Shown here: piece after piece, positions 1 through 9,646 of the stretch
Layout of the letters: every line of letters starts with the position of its first letter
Numbering within the stretch: the first letter of the stretch is position 1
From: a virus
Taxonomy: Duplodnaviria > Caudoviricetes
IMG/VR virus record: IMGVR_UViG_3300014205_007777
Coordinates: 5,476-69,475 of that record
DNA length: 64,000 nt
Strand: one strand, 5' to 3'
Notes under the pieces: model-generated
The model's database searches: none
Seen by the model: the letters and a program-made list of their open reading frames with translations, nothing else
What the model was told of the DNA's origin: nothing
Position numbers and translations under genes: made by a program

Positions 1-174
1 CAAAATAATAAAGGAAAGTCAATCAGGGATATAATGAAAGCTACCGGTCTTGCCAAAAATACAGTAAGGTCTATTATAAAAAATCCCCCACGTAAGTTAG
101 AGGATTTGGAACCGGGTTGTACTAAAGACGAATTCCATGATCTATTGAAAAAAGTATGCAGAGTAAAGGAATAA
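1..174 (+). CDS. 3' end of a small helix-turn-helix protein (partial, cut by window edge)
   Basis: Frame 1 open from base 1: ...KSIRDIMKATGLAKNTVRSII..., an HTH pattern; TAA at 172-174. Confidence 0.5.
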   Translation, partial: QNNKGKSIRDIMKATGLAKNTVRSIIKNPPRKLEDLEPGCTKDEFHDLLKKVCRVKE

Positions 175-215
175 AAAAAAGTAAACCAGTAAAGCACCCT
201 CGTTTGACGTGGCAA

Positions 216-326
216 ATGCGATGTCCCCAGTGCGGTACTTATATAAATTTGATAACGATCGAGGGTTTAACTGGCGGTCAATGTCGGAAGTGCGGGACCG
301 GGTTAAGTTTGGTGAAAACCTGTTAG
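216..326 (+). CDS. 36-aa zinc-ribbon peptide
   Basis: Manual translation MRCPQCGTYINLITIEGLTGGQCRKCGTGLSLVKTC with two CxxC pairs; below the ORF-track cutoff. Confidence 0.35.
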   Translation: MRCPQCGTYINLITIEGLTGGQCRKCGTGLSLVKTC

Positions 327-390
327 TAAAATGCGTGATTAAGCTAATTTTTACTCCTCAAATATATTTACTTTAGATATGACAAATCTA

Positions 391-419
391 TTGACATTTC
401 GACTAATTTTTAGTAATAT
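391..419 (+). promoter_or_regulatory. sigma70-type promoter for recombinase-tnpB operon
   Basis: TTGACA-17 bp-TAATAT immediately upstream of ATG 427. Confidence 0.65.
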
Positions 420-426
420 TAGGTAG

Positions 427-1041
427 ATGACTAATAATCGTATAGCCCCATATAAACCAAAAACATTAAAACGCCACCCCCGTTCTGAGATAGCGGTTAT
501 CGCTATGAGAGCTGCCGTTATTGAGTATCTTACCGAATCGGAGTATATTGCCTTGCTGGAAGCCGCCAAAAATGTACCAGAGCATAAACTATTGATGAGA
601 CTACTCTGGGAAACTGGATTGAGAATCAGTGAAGCCCTTAATTTACGCTACGGCGATATTTACCCAGACGGTATCAATATAAGGCATGGTAAAGGCGACA
701 AGCAGCGTATGATCCCCTGCCAGGCTCCAATACTTGGGGAATTGCTCCGTTATCGGGAGACTCACAAGATGGAGAAAATATTCCAGAAAATTACTACGGA
801 GCCCGGGGCCCTCTATATGATGAGAAGGTACGCGAAGCAAATAAACCTTTCAAAAAGAATACACCCCCATTTATTTCGTCACTCATTTGCGATAAATTTC
901 ATTAGACAGACTGGTAATCCCTTCGCTCTCCAAGATATCGGTGGCTGGTCCGATATGGAAACCATTAAGATTTATATGAGACTGGCAAAAGAGGCTCCGA
1001 GAGAAGCGATTAATAAGATGTACTTCCCAGAGGTTAAATAA
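427..1041 (+). CDS. Tyrosine recombinase (XerC/integrase family), catalytic domain only
   Basis: TGLRISE (R), HGKGDK (K), HLFRH (HxxR), GGWS (W in place of second His), IY (Tyr nucleophile); 204 aa with no core-binding domain. Confidence 0.9.
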   Translation: MTNNRIAPYKPKTLKRHPRSEIAVIAMRAAVIEYLTESEYIALLEAAKNVPEHKLLMRLLWETGLRISEALNLRYGDIYPDGINIRHGKGDKQRMIPCQAPILGELLRYRETHKMEKIFQKITTEPGALYMMRRYAKQINLSKRIHPHLFRHSFAINFIRQTGNPFALQDIGGWSDMETIKIYMRLAKEAPREAINKMYFPEVK

Positions 1042-1048
1042 GCACAAT

Positions 1049-2203
1049 ATGCAAAAGACATTTAAGTACCGGATTTATGCGAATAGAGAGACGATAACCA
1101 AAGCCGAAAGCTGGTTATGGCTTTGTCGTAATCTTTATAACTGTGCGTTAGAGCAGCGTATAATAGCGTATCGTGAACATGGTATTTCGCTGACAGGGTA
1201 TACTCAGATGGCGGAACTTCCTGAAATTAAGAATGGGTTCCCTGAATATAAAACGGTTGGTTCACAAGTCCTCCAACAATGCCTGGATAGATTAGATAAA
1301 GCATATAAAGCGTTCTTCAGACGGATTAAGCAAGACGAAGAACCTGGTTTCCCACGCTTCAAAGGTAGAGACCACTATGACTCATTCACGTTAAAGAATA
1401 CTGGATGGACTATGGATGGTAGATTCCTTTCAATCCGTAATGTCGGTAGGTTCAAATTAAGATTATCACGCCCGATTCAGGGTAATATTAAAACAATCAC
1501 GATTCGCCGGACGCCCTCAAACAAATGGTATGCCTGCTTTAGTTGCGATGGAGTGCCTTTGAAATTATTGCCTTATTCGGACAAGGTAGTAGGTTTAGAT
1601 GTTGGTATAAAGTCGTTTCTGGTAGATTCTGAAGGTAATCCACCTATCGGTAATCCGAAATTCTTAAAACATAGCCTGAAAGAGTTGAGGGTTAAACAGC
1701 GTAAGTTAGCACGAGCCACAAAAGGCTCAAACAGGCGTAAAGACGCTAAACTTCAAGTATCTAAAGTCCATGAGAAAATAACAAATCAAAGGTCAGACTT
1801 CCATCATAAGTTAGCCAATGAATATATTAGGAACTATGGCTTAATCGTATTTGAAAAACTCCAGATCAGGAACATGGTTAGAGAACATACATTGGCTAGA
1901 GATATAAGTGATTGCTCATGGGGACAATTCTTTGAATATTTAGACTACAAAGCGGAAGAGGCTGGCAGGCTGATATTCAAGGATAATCCCCGAAATACCT
2001 CCAAGATGTGTCATGTTTGCGGTTGGATAAATAAAGACTTGGAACTGAGTGATAGAGAATGGGTTTGCCAGAACTGTGGAACGATACATGATAGAGATTT
2101 TAATGCAGCAATCAACCACAAAAATGAAGGAATTAAATATTTAAAGAGGCTCGGATTGAGCCATCAGGCGTCAACGTGGCAGGATACTGCGTGCGTAGCC
2201 TGA
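1049..2203 (+). CDS. tnpB: TnpB RNA-guided endonuclease (IS200/IS605 family)
   Basis: N-terminal KTFKYRIY HTH, RuvC triad GLDVG / IVFE / RDFNAA intact, CHVC...CQNC zinc finger. Confidence 0.95.
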   Translation: MQKTFKYRIYANRETITKAESWLWLCRNLYNCALEQRIIAYREHGISLTGYTQMAELPEIKNGFPEYKTVGSQVLQQCLDRLDKAYKAFFRRIKQDEEPGFPRFKGRDHYDSFTLKNTGWTMDGRFLSIRNVGRFKLRLSRPIQGNIKTITIRRTPSNKWYACFSCDGVPLKLLPYSDKVVGLDVGIKSFLVDSEGNPPIGNPKFLKHSLKELRVKQRKLARATKGSNRRKDAKLQVSKVHEKITNQRSDFHHKLANEYIRNYGLIVFEKLQIRNMVREHTLARDISDCSWGQFFEYLDYKAEEAGRLIFKDNPRNTSKMCHVCGWINKDLELSDREWVCQNCGTIHDRDFNAAINHKNEGIKYLKRLGLSHQASTWQDTACVA

Positions 2204-2236
2204 GAATCCCCCGAATTTATTCGTGGGGAGTGTCAA
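2204..2236 (+). mobile_element. IS200/IS605-type right end (3' end of predicted reRNA scaffold)
   Basis: GAATCCCC-CGAA-TTTA-TTCG-T-GGGGAG hairpin followed by TGTCAA, the typical right-end layout ending in TCAA. Confidence 0.8.
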
Positions 2237-2462
2237 TTGTCCCAAGGGTCATGTCATCAACGAAAACCAGTTACATTGTGTCGTGGACCTGAATTTAGAT
2301 GATATAGATAAGGCCACGGAATTCATCTGCGACGCTGGCAAAGGGCATAGTTTCTCATTAAAGACGGCCATCAGAACCAAAATGTTTACTAAGGAGCAAG
2401 TTGAAAGACTTCGGAAACAGGCCGACGAACATCGACGGAAATACGGCTACAATAAAAGTTAG
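2223..2462 (+). CDS. Small Cys/His-containing hypothetical protein; start overlaps IS right end
   Basis: CPKGH...C...CDAGKGH; first codons are contributed by the IS end. Confidence 0.55.
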   Translation: MGSVNCPKGHVINENQLHCVVDLNLDDIDKATEFICDAGKGHSFSLKTAIRTKMFTKEQVERLRKQADEHRRKYGYNKS

Positions 2463-2470
2463 GAGTAATA

Positions 2471-4057
2471 ATGAGCGATCCGTTCTTTAAAACTAATTTA
2501 ACGACACTCTACTACGGCGATGCTCGGCACATGACCGAGCTACCGGATGAGAGTGTACACATGGCCGTAACTTCACCGCCTTACTTCGGTTTAAGAAAAT
2601 ACGCTGATTTACCCAATAGTATTTGGGGTGGGGACTCGGATTGTGAACACCAGTGGGGGAAGGAATTAAAAACTCACAAAGGACACCCCGGTACCAGAAG
2701 TAATCTTGTTAGTATTAAAGTATCGATGCACTCTAAAGAAGCTAATACCAACGGTAATTTCTGCCTCAAATGTGGAGCATGGCGTGGTTCCTTCGGATCA
2801 GAACCCACGGTCTCGATGTATATTGAACACACCATAGAAATACTCAGGGAAATAAGACGCGTACTACGATCCGATGGTACTCTCTGGTGGAACATCGGGG
2901 ACTCTCATGCTTCCGGTAAAGGTACATGTTTTAACCCGGGCGGCGGAGATCCTCGTAATACGTATGCAGGTATACAAAAAAGAAAAGAGGATGGGGTGTA
3001 TCCCCTCGATCGTGGTAGTATTACTTCCTTAAAAGAGGATGGCTTAAAACCCCTTGACCGCTGTTTAATCCCTTTCCGCGTAGCTTTAGCTGCTCAAGCT
3101 GACGGGTGGTACGTGAGGATGGAGAATATTATTAATAAAGATAATCCTATGCCGGAAAGTGTTTTTGGTTGGTTCTGGACAAGACATAAGATAAAAACTA
3201 AAGAATCAGTAAGAGATCCTAAAACACCAAATAATCAAAGTGATGGGCGTCACAACCCTGAATCAAAAAGCCAATACATAGACTGTCTCGGCTGCCCAAA
3301 GTGCTCACCAAACGATGGCTACATATTAAGACGCGGTGCCGGCAGACCCGCCGAGTCCCACGAATACGTTCTAATGCTCACCAAAACCAATAAGTACTAC
3401 TATGACCGGGAAGCTGTTCGTGAGAAACAAACGGGAAACGCTCATTCACGAGGTACCGAGATAGGTAATTCCGAATATTTCGAGGCCCGGGGAAGTTATA
3501 AAGGTTTCAAATCACCGGAGACAGAACTGCCTAACGGTAGAAATTTAAGGAGTGTTTGGACAATGCCCATGCAACCCTTCCCAAAAGAACTTAGAAAATA
3601 TGGAGCACATTACGCTGCCTTCCCGGAGAGATTACCCGAGATCTGCATACAGGCTTCGACAAGTGAATTCGGTTGTTGTGCCAAATGTGGGGCTCCTTGG
3701 GCTAGAATAATAGAGCAAGAAAGCCCTCCCGATGAAGTATTTACGGAAACAATGAATCCGGATGACGGTTTTATCAATGGTCATCGACCATTGGGTGGTA
3801 AATACCGAGGATCAGGACAGAAATTACAGGACTGGATTAATGAGCACCCACCTAAGACTACCGGCTGGCGGCCAACCTGTAATTGCGGTGTTCAAGAAAG
3901 AGTACCGGCCACAATTCTCGATCCTTTCTCGGGATCCGGTACCACGCTGCAGGTAGCTACAAAACTAGGACGCCGGAGTATCGGCTACGAGCTTTCACCT
4001 CGATATCTCAATCTCATTATTAAAAGATGTAAACAATTAGGACTGAGTTTATTATGA
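2471..4057 (+). CDS. Site-specific DNA methyltransferase (N4-C/N6-A, beta class) with large insertions
   Basis: TSPPY catalytic motif near N-terminus, DPFSGSGTT SAM-binding motif near C-terminus, HYAAFP motif. Confidence 0.9.
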   Translation: MSDPFFKTNLTTLYYGDARHMTELPDESVHMAVTSPPYFGLRKYADLPNSIWGGDSDCEHQWGKELKTHKGHPGTRSNLVSIKVSMHSKEANTNGNFCLKCGAWRGSFGSEPTVSMYIEHTIEILREIRRVLRSDGTLWWNIGDSHASGKGTCFNPGGGDPRNTYAGIQKRKEDGVYPLDRGSITSLKEDGLKPLDRCLIPFRVALAAQADGWYVRMENIINKDNPMPESVFGWFWTRHKIKTKESVRDPKTPNNQSDGRHNPESKSQYIDCLGCPKCSPNDGYILRRGAGRPAESHEYVLMLTKTNKYYYDREAVREKQTGNAHSRGTEIGNSEYFEARGSYKGFKSPETELPNGRNLRSVWTMPMQPFPKELRKYGAHYAAFPERLPEICIQASTSEFGCCAKCGAPWARIIEQESPPDEVFTETMNPDDGFINGHRPLGGKYRGSGQKLQDWINEHPPKTTGWRPTCNCGVQERVPATILDPFSGSGTTLQVATKLGRRSIGYELSPRYLNLIIKRCKQLGLSLL

Positions 4058-4905
4058 TAGTCAGCCGCTGGCCCAAAGATATATTCATTTATACCGAAAA
4101 CCACATACTTTACATCTCGGTACCCTTTACATGGTTAATGCCGCGAGCACTAAGAACAATAACATTCTACGCCTATTCATCCTGTTTTAAGGAAATACAG
4201 ATCGGCGGGCCCGGCTGCTACCTTGCCCTGCACTATTATCCGGACTTCCTGAGAGATTTACCGGTAAAAGTCGGTTATGATCTACCTGGTATCCTGCAGA
4301 GAATAAATCCACTAGCTACCCGTACCACGACAGGCTGCATTCGTAAATGCCAATTCTGCGGTATTGGCTGTGGAGTGATCGAACCCGGCGGTATTGTAGA
4401 ACTGGATGACTGGCTGGACCTGCCTATAATTATAGACAATAATGTTCTGGCTGCAACAATCCCTCACTTCGATAAGGTCATCGATCGACTGATACCCCAT
4501 GGTTGGGCGGATTTCGAACAAGGGCTGGATGCCAGAAAACTCACAGAATACCATGCGCAGAGAATAGCGGAGATAAAAGAACCTATGGTAAGACTTGCCC
4601 TCGACTCTATGAGCTATCGTGAATCATGGGAAGAAGCATACGAGAAACTAAGATCCGCAGGCATAAGGAAAAGACAGATACGGTCCTATGCTTTAATCGC
4701 TTTCGACTCCGATCCCATCGAGGCATGGGAAAGATGTAATTTCATAGAATCCAAGGGTATAAGAGTATTACCGATGTGGTACCATAGTCTGGACTGCCTG
4801 AAAGCGAATTCCGTCAGTGATGCACAAACGAAATTAGGCTGGAATGACTACGAGAGACGCAGAATTATGCAATGGTTTTATAAACATAAAAAGGCGGTTA
4901 AATGA
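4054..4905 (+). CDS. Radical SAM superfamily protein
   Basis: TTGCIRKCQFC (CxxxCxxC), DNN and DFEQGLDAR motifs; ATGA overlap with the methyltransferase. Confidence 0.8.
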   Translation: MIVSRWPKDIFIYTENHILYISVPFTWLMPRALRTITFYAYSSCFKEIQIGGPGCYLALHYYPDFLRDLPVKVGYDLPGILQRINPLATRTTTGCIRKCQFCGIGCGVIEPGGIVELDDWLDLPIIIDNNVLAATIPHFDKVIDRLIPHGWADFEQGLDARKLTEYHAQRIAEIKEPMVRLALDSMSYRESWEEAYEKLRSAGIRKRQIRSYALIAFDSDPIEAWERCNFIESKGIRVLPMWYHSLDCLKANSVSDAQTKLGWNDYERRRIMQWFYKHKKAVK

Positions 4906-4988
4906 TACTTGACAAAAACGGCTAAAGTGAGCGGAATACTTAACTTGATAGACCCACCAATAACTAACTGTAAAGTTAAAGGAGTGAA

Positions 4989-5837
4989 ATGACAGAGCAG
5001 GAATCAATCAACAATATCCGTAAATACCTTAATCTCCCGGAAACAAGCAAAAAAGACGATACCGGCCGGCAGCTTGCCCGGTCCATCGCCCAATATCTCG
5101 GCGACCAGTGGATGACCTGGGTAGAAATGCCTCTCGGGTCCGTGCAGTACGGTAATGCCCACCGCGTAGACGTATTCGCCATGTCCAAGAGTTATAAATT
5201 CGTGACGAGGATCTACGAGGTTAAGATCTCACGCAGCGACTTTCAGAAGGACCTCTTCGAAGGTAAATATAAGGCTTACTTACCTTTCTGCAACTATCTC
5301 TATTTCGCTACTCCATCCGGACTAATTCAAAAGAATGAGGTACCAAAAGGTTGCGGGTTAATTACTTTCGGAGAAAAGGGCTGGTCAGGAGTAAAGGGAC
5401 CGGTCCACCACGACGTTAAAATAGACCCGGAATTAATGATGGCTCTGTTAATGAGAGGCTACCAGGATAACTACGAAAAGTACCGGGATCTGGAAAATAG
5501 ACGTTATGAAAAGAACTGGGAATATAAGGGTTTTGCCGACGCCGCTAATGAATTCGGTTTGAAACTTTCTTATGACGTTACCCACGCTCAGGAATATGTT
5601 GAGCGGGTAAATGAATTAAAAGAGAATATAGAAAAGATAGCTAACCAGAAATTTAATGACATGGGATCTGCTTACCAGTGGCTATATCGAGAAGTAGACA
5701 ACCTTTTAAATAAACATAAGCACGGTAAAGAAGCCGCTCAGGTATTAGAAATAGCCATGAACCTTTATGACGGCCTCACATGGGGAACTGCGAGAGAACT
5801 AAGGGAGATCGCTGACAGGCTGGAACCAAAAACTTAA
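4989..5837 (+). CDS. PD-(D/E)XK nuclease, MmcB-like
   Basis: RVDVF...IYEVKISRSDF...KY..YLPFCNYLYFATP. Confidence 0.75.
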   Translation: MTEQESINNIRKYLNLPETSKKDDTGRQLARSIAQYLGDQWMTWVEMPLGSVQYGNAHRVDVFAMSKSYKFVTRIYEVKISRSDFQKDLFEGKYKAYLPFCNYLYFATPSGLIQKNEVPKGCGLITFGEKGWSGVKGPVHHDVKIDPELMMALLMRGYQDNYEKYRDLENRRYEKNWEYKGFADAANEFGLKLSYDVTHAQEYVERVNELKENIEKIANQKFNDMGSAYQWLYREVDNLLNKHKHGKEAAQVLEIAMNLYDGLTWGTARELREIADRLEPKT

Positions 5838-6316
5838 TACAACTTGGATGATAGATAGGTACTCAATACCGCAATCATTTCTTGAATACTCAAATCTTTT
5901 TCGCTGGCAAGTTTCGTTATTCTATCCAGTCCGACAATCTGTACCGCCAAATATCCGGAGGAAATATTGGACCTGTCATTTATAGATATCTCCAGTCTAT
6001 CAAACATTTCTTTCACATCTTCTGGGATATAATCTAAACCTTTTTGGGTTAATTTTGGTGGACTTTTGAATTGTGCGATATCCGGTCTTTTATGTAAAGT
6101 GTCTATCACGTACACATCCCATAACGTCTGTACCATCATGCAGAATGACGGAAGATTCCACTTTTTAAGATCTACATTAATCTCCGTAATATCTTTTTTG
6201 ATATGTACGATATCGTCCTCAACACCTCTCTTCCAGAAACCCGTCATATAGACAATAGTGAATATGGCAATTATTCCGCCGATGATTCCGAAGACTGCCG
6301 CGATATCGGATAACAT
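5834..6316 (-). CDS. Membrane-anchored hypothetical protein
   Basis: N-terminal hydrophobic helix IAAVFGIIGGIIAIFTIVYM followed by a soluble domain. Confidence 0.6.
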   Translation of the reverse strand: MLSDIAAVFGIIGGIIAIFTIVYMTGFWKRGVEDDIVHIKKDITEINVDLKKWNLPSFCMMVQTLWDVYVIDTLHKRPDIAQFKSPPKLTQKGLDYIPEDVKEMFDRLEISINDRSNISSGYLAVQIVGLDRITKLASEKDLSIQEMIAVLSTYLSSKLY

Positions 6317-6435
6317 GTCAAGTCCTCCAAGTCAAGATTCTACCTTTTCCTTTTAATCCACCCCACTAACATATATATTACTACAATCAGGAATATCCCG
6401 AAAAGGGTGAAGACCGTTATTTCTAATGCCATTGA

Positions 6436-6669
6436 TTATTTTTTAGGTGTTTCGGTCTCGGTAGTATCTGTGGTAGTCGTTGTTTTAGTGGTCAGACTAT
6501 CATTAGTGAGGAACCGGATAATTGCGTTGAGAATAGCCATGATTAGTACCTGGTACTCTGCCGGTATCCATGCCTGTCCTTGAGCTCCTTGAATAATTCC
6601 GATTACTACTGCAATGACGTTCAGCCAAAGAGTTTTTGATGTAAGTACTTTTCCCCAGTCAATCTTCAT
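6436..6669 (-). CDS. Holin-like small membrane protein
   Basis: MKIDWGKVLTSKTLWLNVIAVVIGII...ILNAIIRFLT, two TM helices; start moved to ATG 6669 behind GGAG. Confidence 0.65.
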   Translation of the reverse strand: MKIDWGKVLTSKTLWLNVIAVVIGIIQGAQGQAWIPAEYQVLIMAILNAIIRFLTNDSLTTKTTTTTDTTETETPKK

Positions 6670-6765
6670 GGTTTCTCTCCTTTTAAAGCACATTTTATAA
6701 CATCCCACTGATAATATCTTGACCGCCTATTCCTTTCATACCCAACCTCTACAAATTTAAAGATT

Positions 6766-7071
6766 TTATGGTTGATTATCGTCACTTAACAATAGGTTTA
6801 ATACACCTTTACCGGTTGAGGGAGTCGGGATATTAAACGCTTCGTCATTACCATATGATGTCCCCACGGAGTTAGTAGCAAAAGCACGAAAATGATAGAC
6901 CGTACCCGATGTCAGACCGGTAATTACCTGTGAGAAATTATCACCGGTAATTTGGCTCGTAGTAGGAGTGGTGTTTCCATAAGCTATAGTCAATCCCCAC
7001 TCGAACCCACAATCACAAGATTCACCGCCATCGTCGGTTAAATTCCCATTTAAAGTCGCCTGATGAGCCAT
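6766..7071 (-). CDS. Fibronectin type III-like virion protein
   Basis: ATLNG...GFEWG...ITGLTSGTVYHFRAFATNSVGTSYG FN3 signature. Confidence 0.7.
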   Translation of the reverse strand: MAHQATLNGNLTDDGGESCDCGFEWGLTIAYGNTTPTTSQITGDNFSQVITGLTSGTVYHFRAFATNSVGTSYGNDEAFNIPTPSTGKGVLNLLLSDDNQP

Positions 7072-7072
7072 C

Positions 7073-8044
7073 TTAACTTACCCCCGTAGCCGGAAGAGTG
7101 GTAACGGTCGGTGCAATTGGAGAAGCTAATGTATGAAAAACTTCGCTGACACTCTCACGAACAGGGTCCAATACGGAGTGTTGGTATTGGATTGTCCAAT
7201 AATAACCAGCTGACGGAACTAAACCGGTAATTGTTCGTGTAAAGAAGGGAAATTCACTTGTGACCGTTTCCCACGGTGTATAAAGAGTTGGATAGACCCC
7301 TGCTCTTTGATATTTAAACCTATAAATCGGATATGGTAATGGAACACCTGTATAGTCTATTTCCAATATTGCCGGACCGCCGGTAGCGAGTAATACCGAT
7401 AAAGTTGCGGATGTAGACGTAATACCAGTTACTGGCATGGCATAGGTGTGCGGCCAACCATCAGCATCTACCCCAACTCCACCATCTACCCTATTATAAC
7501 CTGTTGGTACTGATGCAGTGATATCACCACTCAACCTAAGCCCAAGTTTAGTAGTCCCTGATGGACTAATTTGACCTAACCCAAAAGCATTAAAGGGAAT
7601 AACCGCAATCCATCCTAAAAGATAAGAGCCAAACGGACAAACCCCTCCGCTGGTTACCTGTAATCCCTCATCCCCATAATCAGTATTTATCGGTGGTGTA
7701 TGTTGCACTCCTCTAACAATATGCAAGTCCGATTGTCCTGGGTCGGACTCTGTAGCATCATGGGCAATTATATAAATATTGGCAGCACTTATAGCTACTC
7801 CACCTAACAGAGAGGTATCAAAGCTCAGTAAACCACGTGTAATACCATATTTAAAATAACCTGTCTCAGTAATTATGTAGTTTTTTGTAGGTGCAAGTGG
7901 AGGGAAAATACTTCTTGACGCGCTGGGAGCATCATGTGCTACGATATAAACTGCTGGGTCGACAGGTAACACAGCGCCAAGTTCCTTGGTTGTATAGCCC
8001 GAGTTAGCATCTGCCTTAAAGATTGATATACCCACTTTAGCCAC
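7073..8044 (-). CDS. Putative virion structural protein with C-terminal FN3-like segment
   Basis: Beta-rich; RGLLSFDTS motif; ITGLVPSAGYYW FN3-like; ends PTVTTLPATGV. Confidence 0.55.
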   Translation of the reverse strand: MAKVGISIFKADANSGYTTKELGAVLPVDPAVYIVAHDAPSASRSIFPPLAPTKNYIITETGYFKYGITRGLLSFDTSLLGGVAISAANIYIIAHDATESDPGQSDLHIVRGVQHTPPINTDYGDEGLQVTSGGVCPFGSYLLGWIAVIPFNAFGLGQISPSGTTKLGLRLSGDITASVPTGYNRVDGGVGVDADGWPHTYAMPVTGITSTSATLSVLLATGGPAILEIDYTGVPLPYPIYRFKYQRAGVYPTLYTPWETVTSEFPFFTRTITGLVPSAGYYWTIQYQHSVLDPVRESVSEVFHTLASPIAPTVTTLPATGVS

Positions 8045-8061
8045 CTAATGCAAAGATTAAT

Positions 8062-8760
8062 TTAGAACGCCTCAAAAAACTCACACGGTATCGTTCTAAA
8101 TGCGCCCACGGTCTGTATCATAGATATTTCCAATCCGTGTTGATTGGCTAAAACCGGAAGCCTGACTAGAGGATGATCAGCCGGAGCCGCATCGTTATAA
8201 GTAGTTTCGGTCAATATCGTAAATGCTCCGGTTGCACTTTGCTTTGTTCGGATACGTATTATAATAGTATCACCGGCTTCCATCGGCGACAGGTCGATAT
8301 TACCGCCGCAAAACACCCAGGCACTGGTACCGCTATTCAGATATTCGGCAATATAACCCCCGGTCATCACTTTATCCCCGGACTGTGCCGACTCACTTAC
8401 TGTAAGTCCGACACCCCCGGATACCGAAGCCACTATCGCCACAATACTGTACTGCACACCGGCGGGGATCGCTGCGGCTATTCCTTTATATGCTCCGCTG
8501 AGAGTAATCTTCCCTGTCGTATTATCAAAACTACTGACGGTCTTCGCATCTGTCTGCAAGGGAACACCGGGATAGAGCACCACTATCATATTTTGGAAAG
8601 AGCTGGCTCCGGCACCGACTAGAGAAGAGTCAATAATACTGTCACCGGTAGCATCACCCGCAGACGTGGTCATCCCTTGTTTGACAATAAGAGAATCGAA
8701 GAGAGCCAGGAGTTCAGAGACAGGGGGTCTTTCCGCAAAAGAAGCTAACGGCATCACCAT
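8062..8760 (-). CDS. Putative virion spike/adaptor protein
   Basis: Beta-rich; N-terminal module (TSAGDATGDSIIDSSL...FDNTTGKITL) resembles modules in 8765-9637 and 13872-15728. Confidence 0.5.
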   Translation of the reverse strand: MVMPLASFAERPPVSELLALFDSLIVKQGMTTSAGDATGDSIIDSSLVGAGASSFQNMIVVLYPGVPLQTDAKTVSSFDNTTGKITLSGAYKGIAAAIPAGVQYSIVAIVASVSGGVGLTVSESAQSGDKVMTGGYIAEYLNSGTSAWVFCGGNIDLSPMEAGDTIIIRIRTKQSATGAFTILTETTYNDAAPADHPLVRLPVLANQHGLEISMIQTVGAFRTIPCEFFEAF

Positions 8761-8764
8761 GGTT

Positions 8765-9637
8765 TTACCCCCTTACAGTTGATTGGACGCTGACAGCGGT
8801 AACCGTCTGCGCTGCGTCCATATTCTCGATAAGCACCTTCATATAAGCCGGCGAAACATCATAAGACTTAGTGACTCTTATGGACGCTCCGGCAGTAAAT
8901 ACGGGCACCCAGGAATCGAAGTCCTGGGTATCGTAATTAGTACCGTCATAACTTGTACGCACGTGTACTCTGATACCTAAAGTAGCGGCGGCGTTGAAAG
9001 TACACTCCACGGTCAGAGCCAGTGCCGAAGGCCCGACCAGAAGGTCTATCGCCGTACACTGTGCCAAAGTGGAAGTGGCTAAAGCAGCGATAGAACTCAA
9101 ATCAATAATCTCGGTAACCGTCTTGGTCACCAGGGAGTAAGATGTCGCCGAGTTGATACTCTTTATCGCATAGGGTGTCCCCGCTATAGGTTTAACCCCG
9201 GATGGTAAAGGACTGAAAGTAATCGTCTGGTCATTATTGGAAAGGATTAATGAAGTATAGAACTGCCCGCCGATACTCATTAAAATGATAGCCCCGACTC
9301 CCCACACGTTTGTAGACCAGTACTTCGTCGTATCGGTAAGCGTGTTATTGCTTCCCCCGGTTGCCTCTCCGGCATCGTCGACATTCGATATCAGAGGTGT
9401 TGCTAAAAAACTTCCGTCACCTGAAGGACCGGGTAAAGCGATAATCAAATTTATCAGACGGTTAAGTTTATCGTCTGACTGTAAAAGCAGCTCCGCCAGC
9501 ATGGCACCTAACTGGTTTATGCCGGCAGTTAAATTCTCCGCTTCCGTCCAGGGAGCATGTTTAGGTGTGGAAAGAGGCGGGGGAGGATTAAAGCGTTCCA
9601 CTGATTGTAAATTACCCGTTCTAGGTCTCTGAATCAT
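8765..9637 (-). CDS. Putative virion spike/adaptor protein
   Basis: AGEATGGSNNTLTDTTKYW module plus beta-sandwich-like C-terminus. Confidence 0.5.
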   Translation of the reverse strand: MIQRPRTGNLQSVERFNPPPPLSTPKHAPWTEAENLTAGINQLGAMLAELLLQSDDKLNRLINLIIALPGPSGDGSFLATPLISNVDDAGEATGGSNNTLTDTTKYWSTNVWGVGAIILMSIGGQFYTSLILSNNDQTITFSPLPSGVKPIAGTPYAIKSINSATSYSLVTKTVTEIIDLSSIAALATSTLAQCTAIDLLVGPSALALTVECTFNAAATLGIRVHVRTSYDGTNYDTQDFDSWVPVFTAGASIRVTKSYDVSPAYMKVLIENMDAAQTVTAVSVQSTVRG

Positions 9638-9646
9638 ATTTCCTCT

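Noticed and set aside
197-266. ACCCTCG/CGAGGGT inverted repeat as the left end of a recombinase-tnpB element
   Set aside because: Only 7 bp, widely spaced and overlapping a plausible small ORF; not enough support
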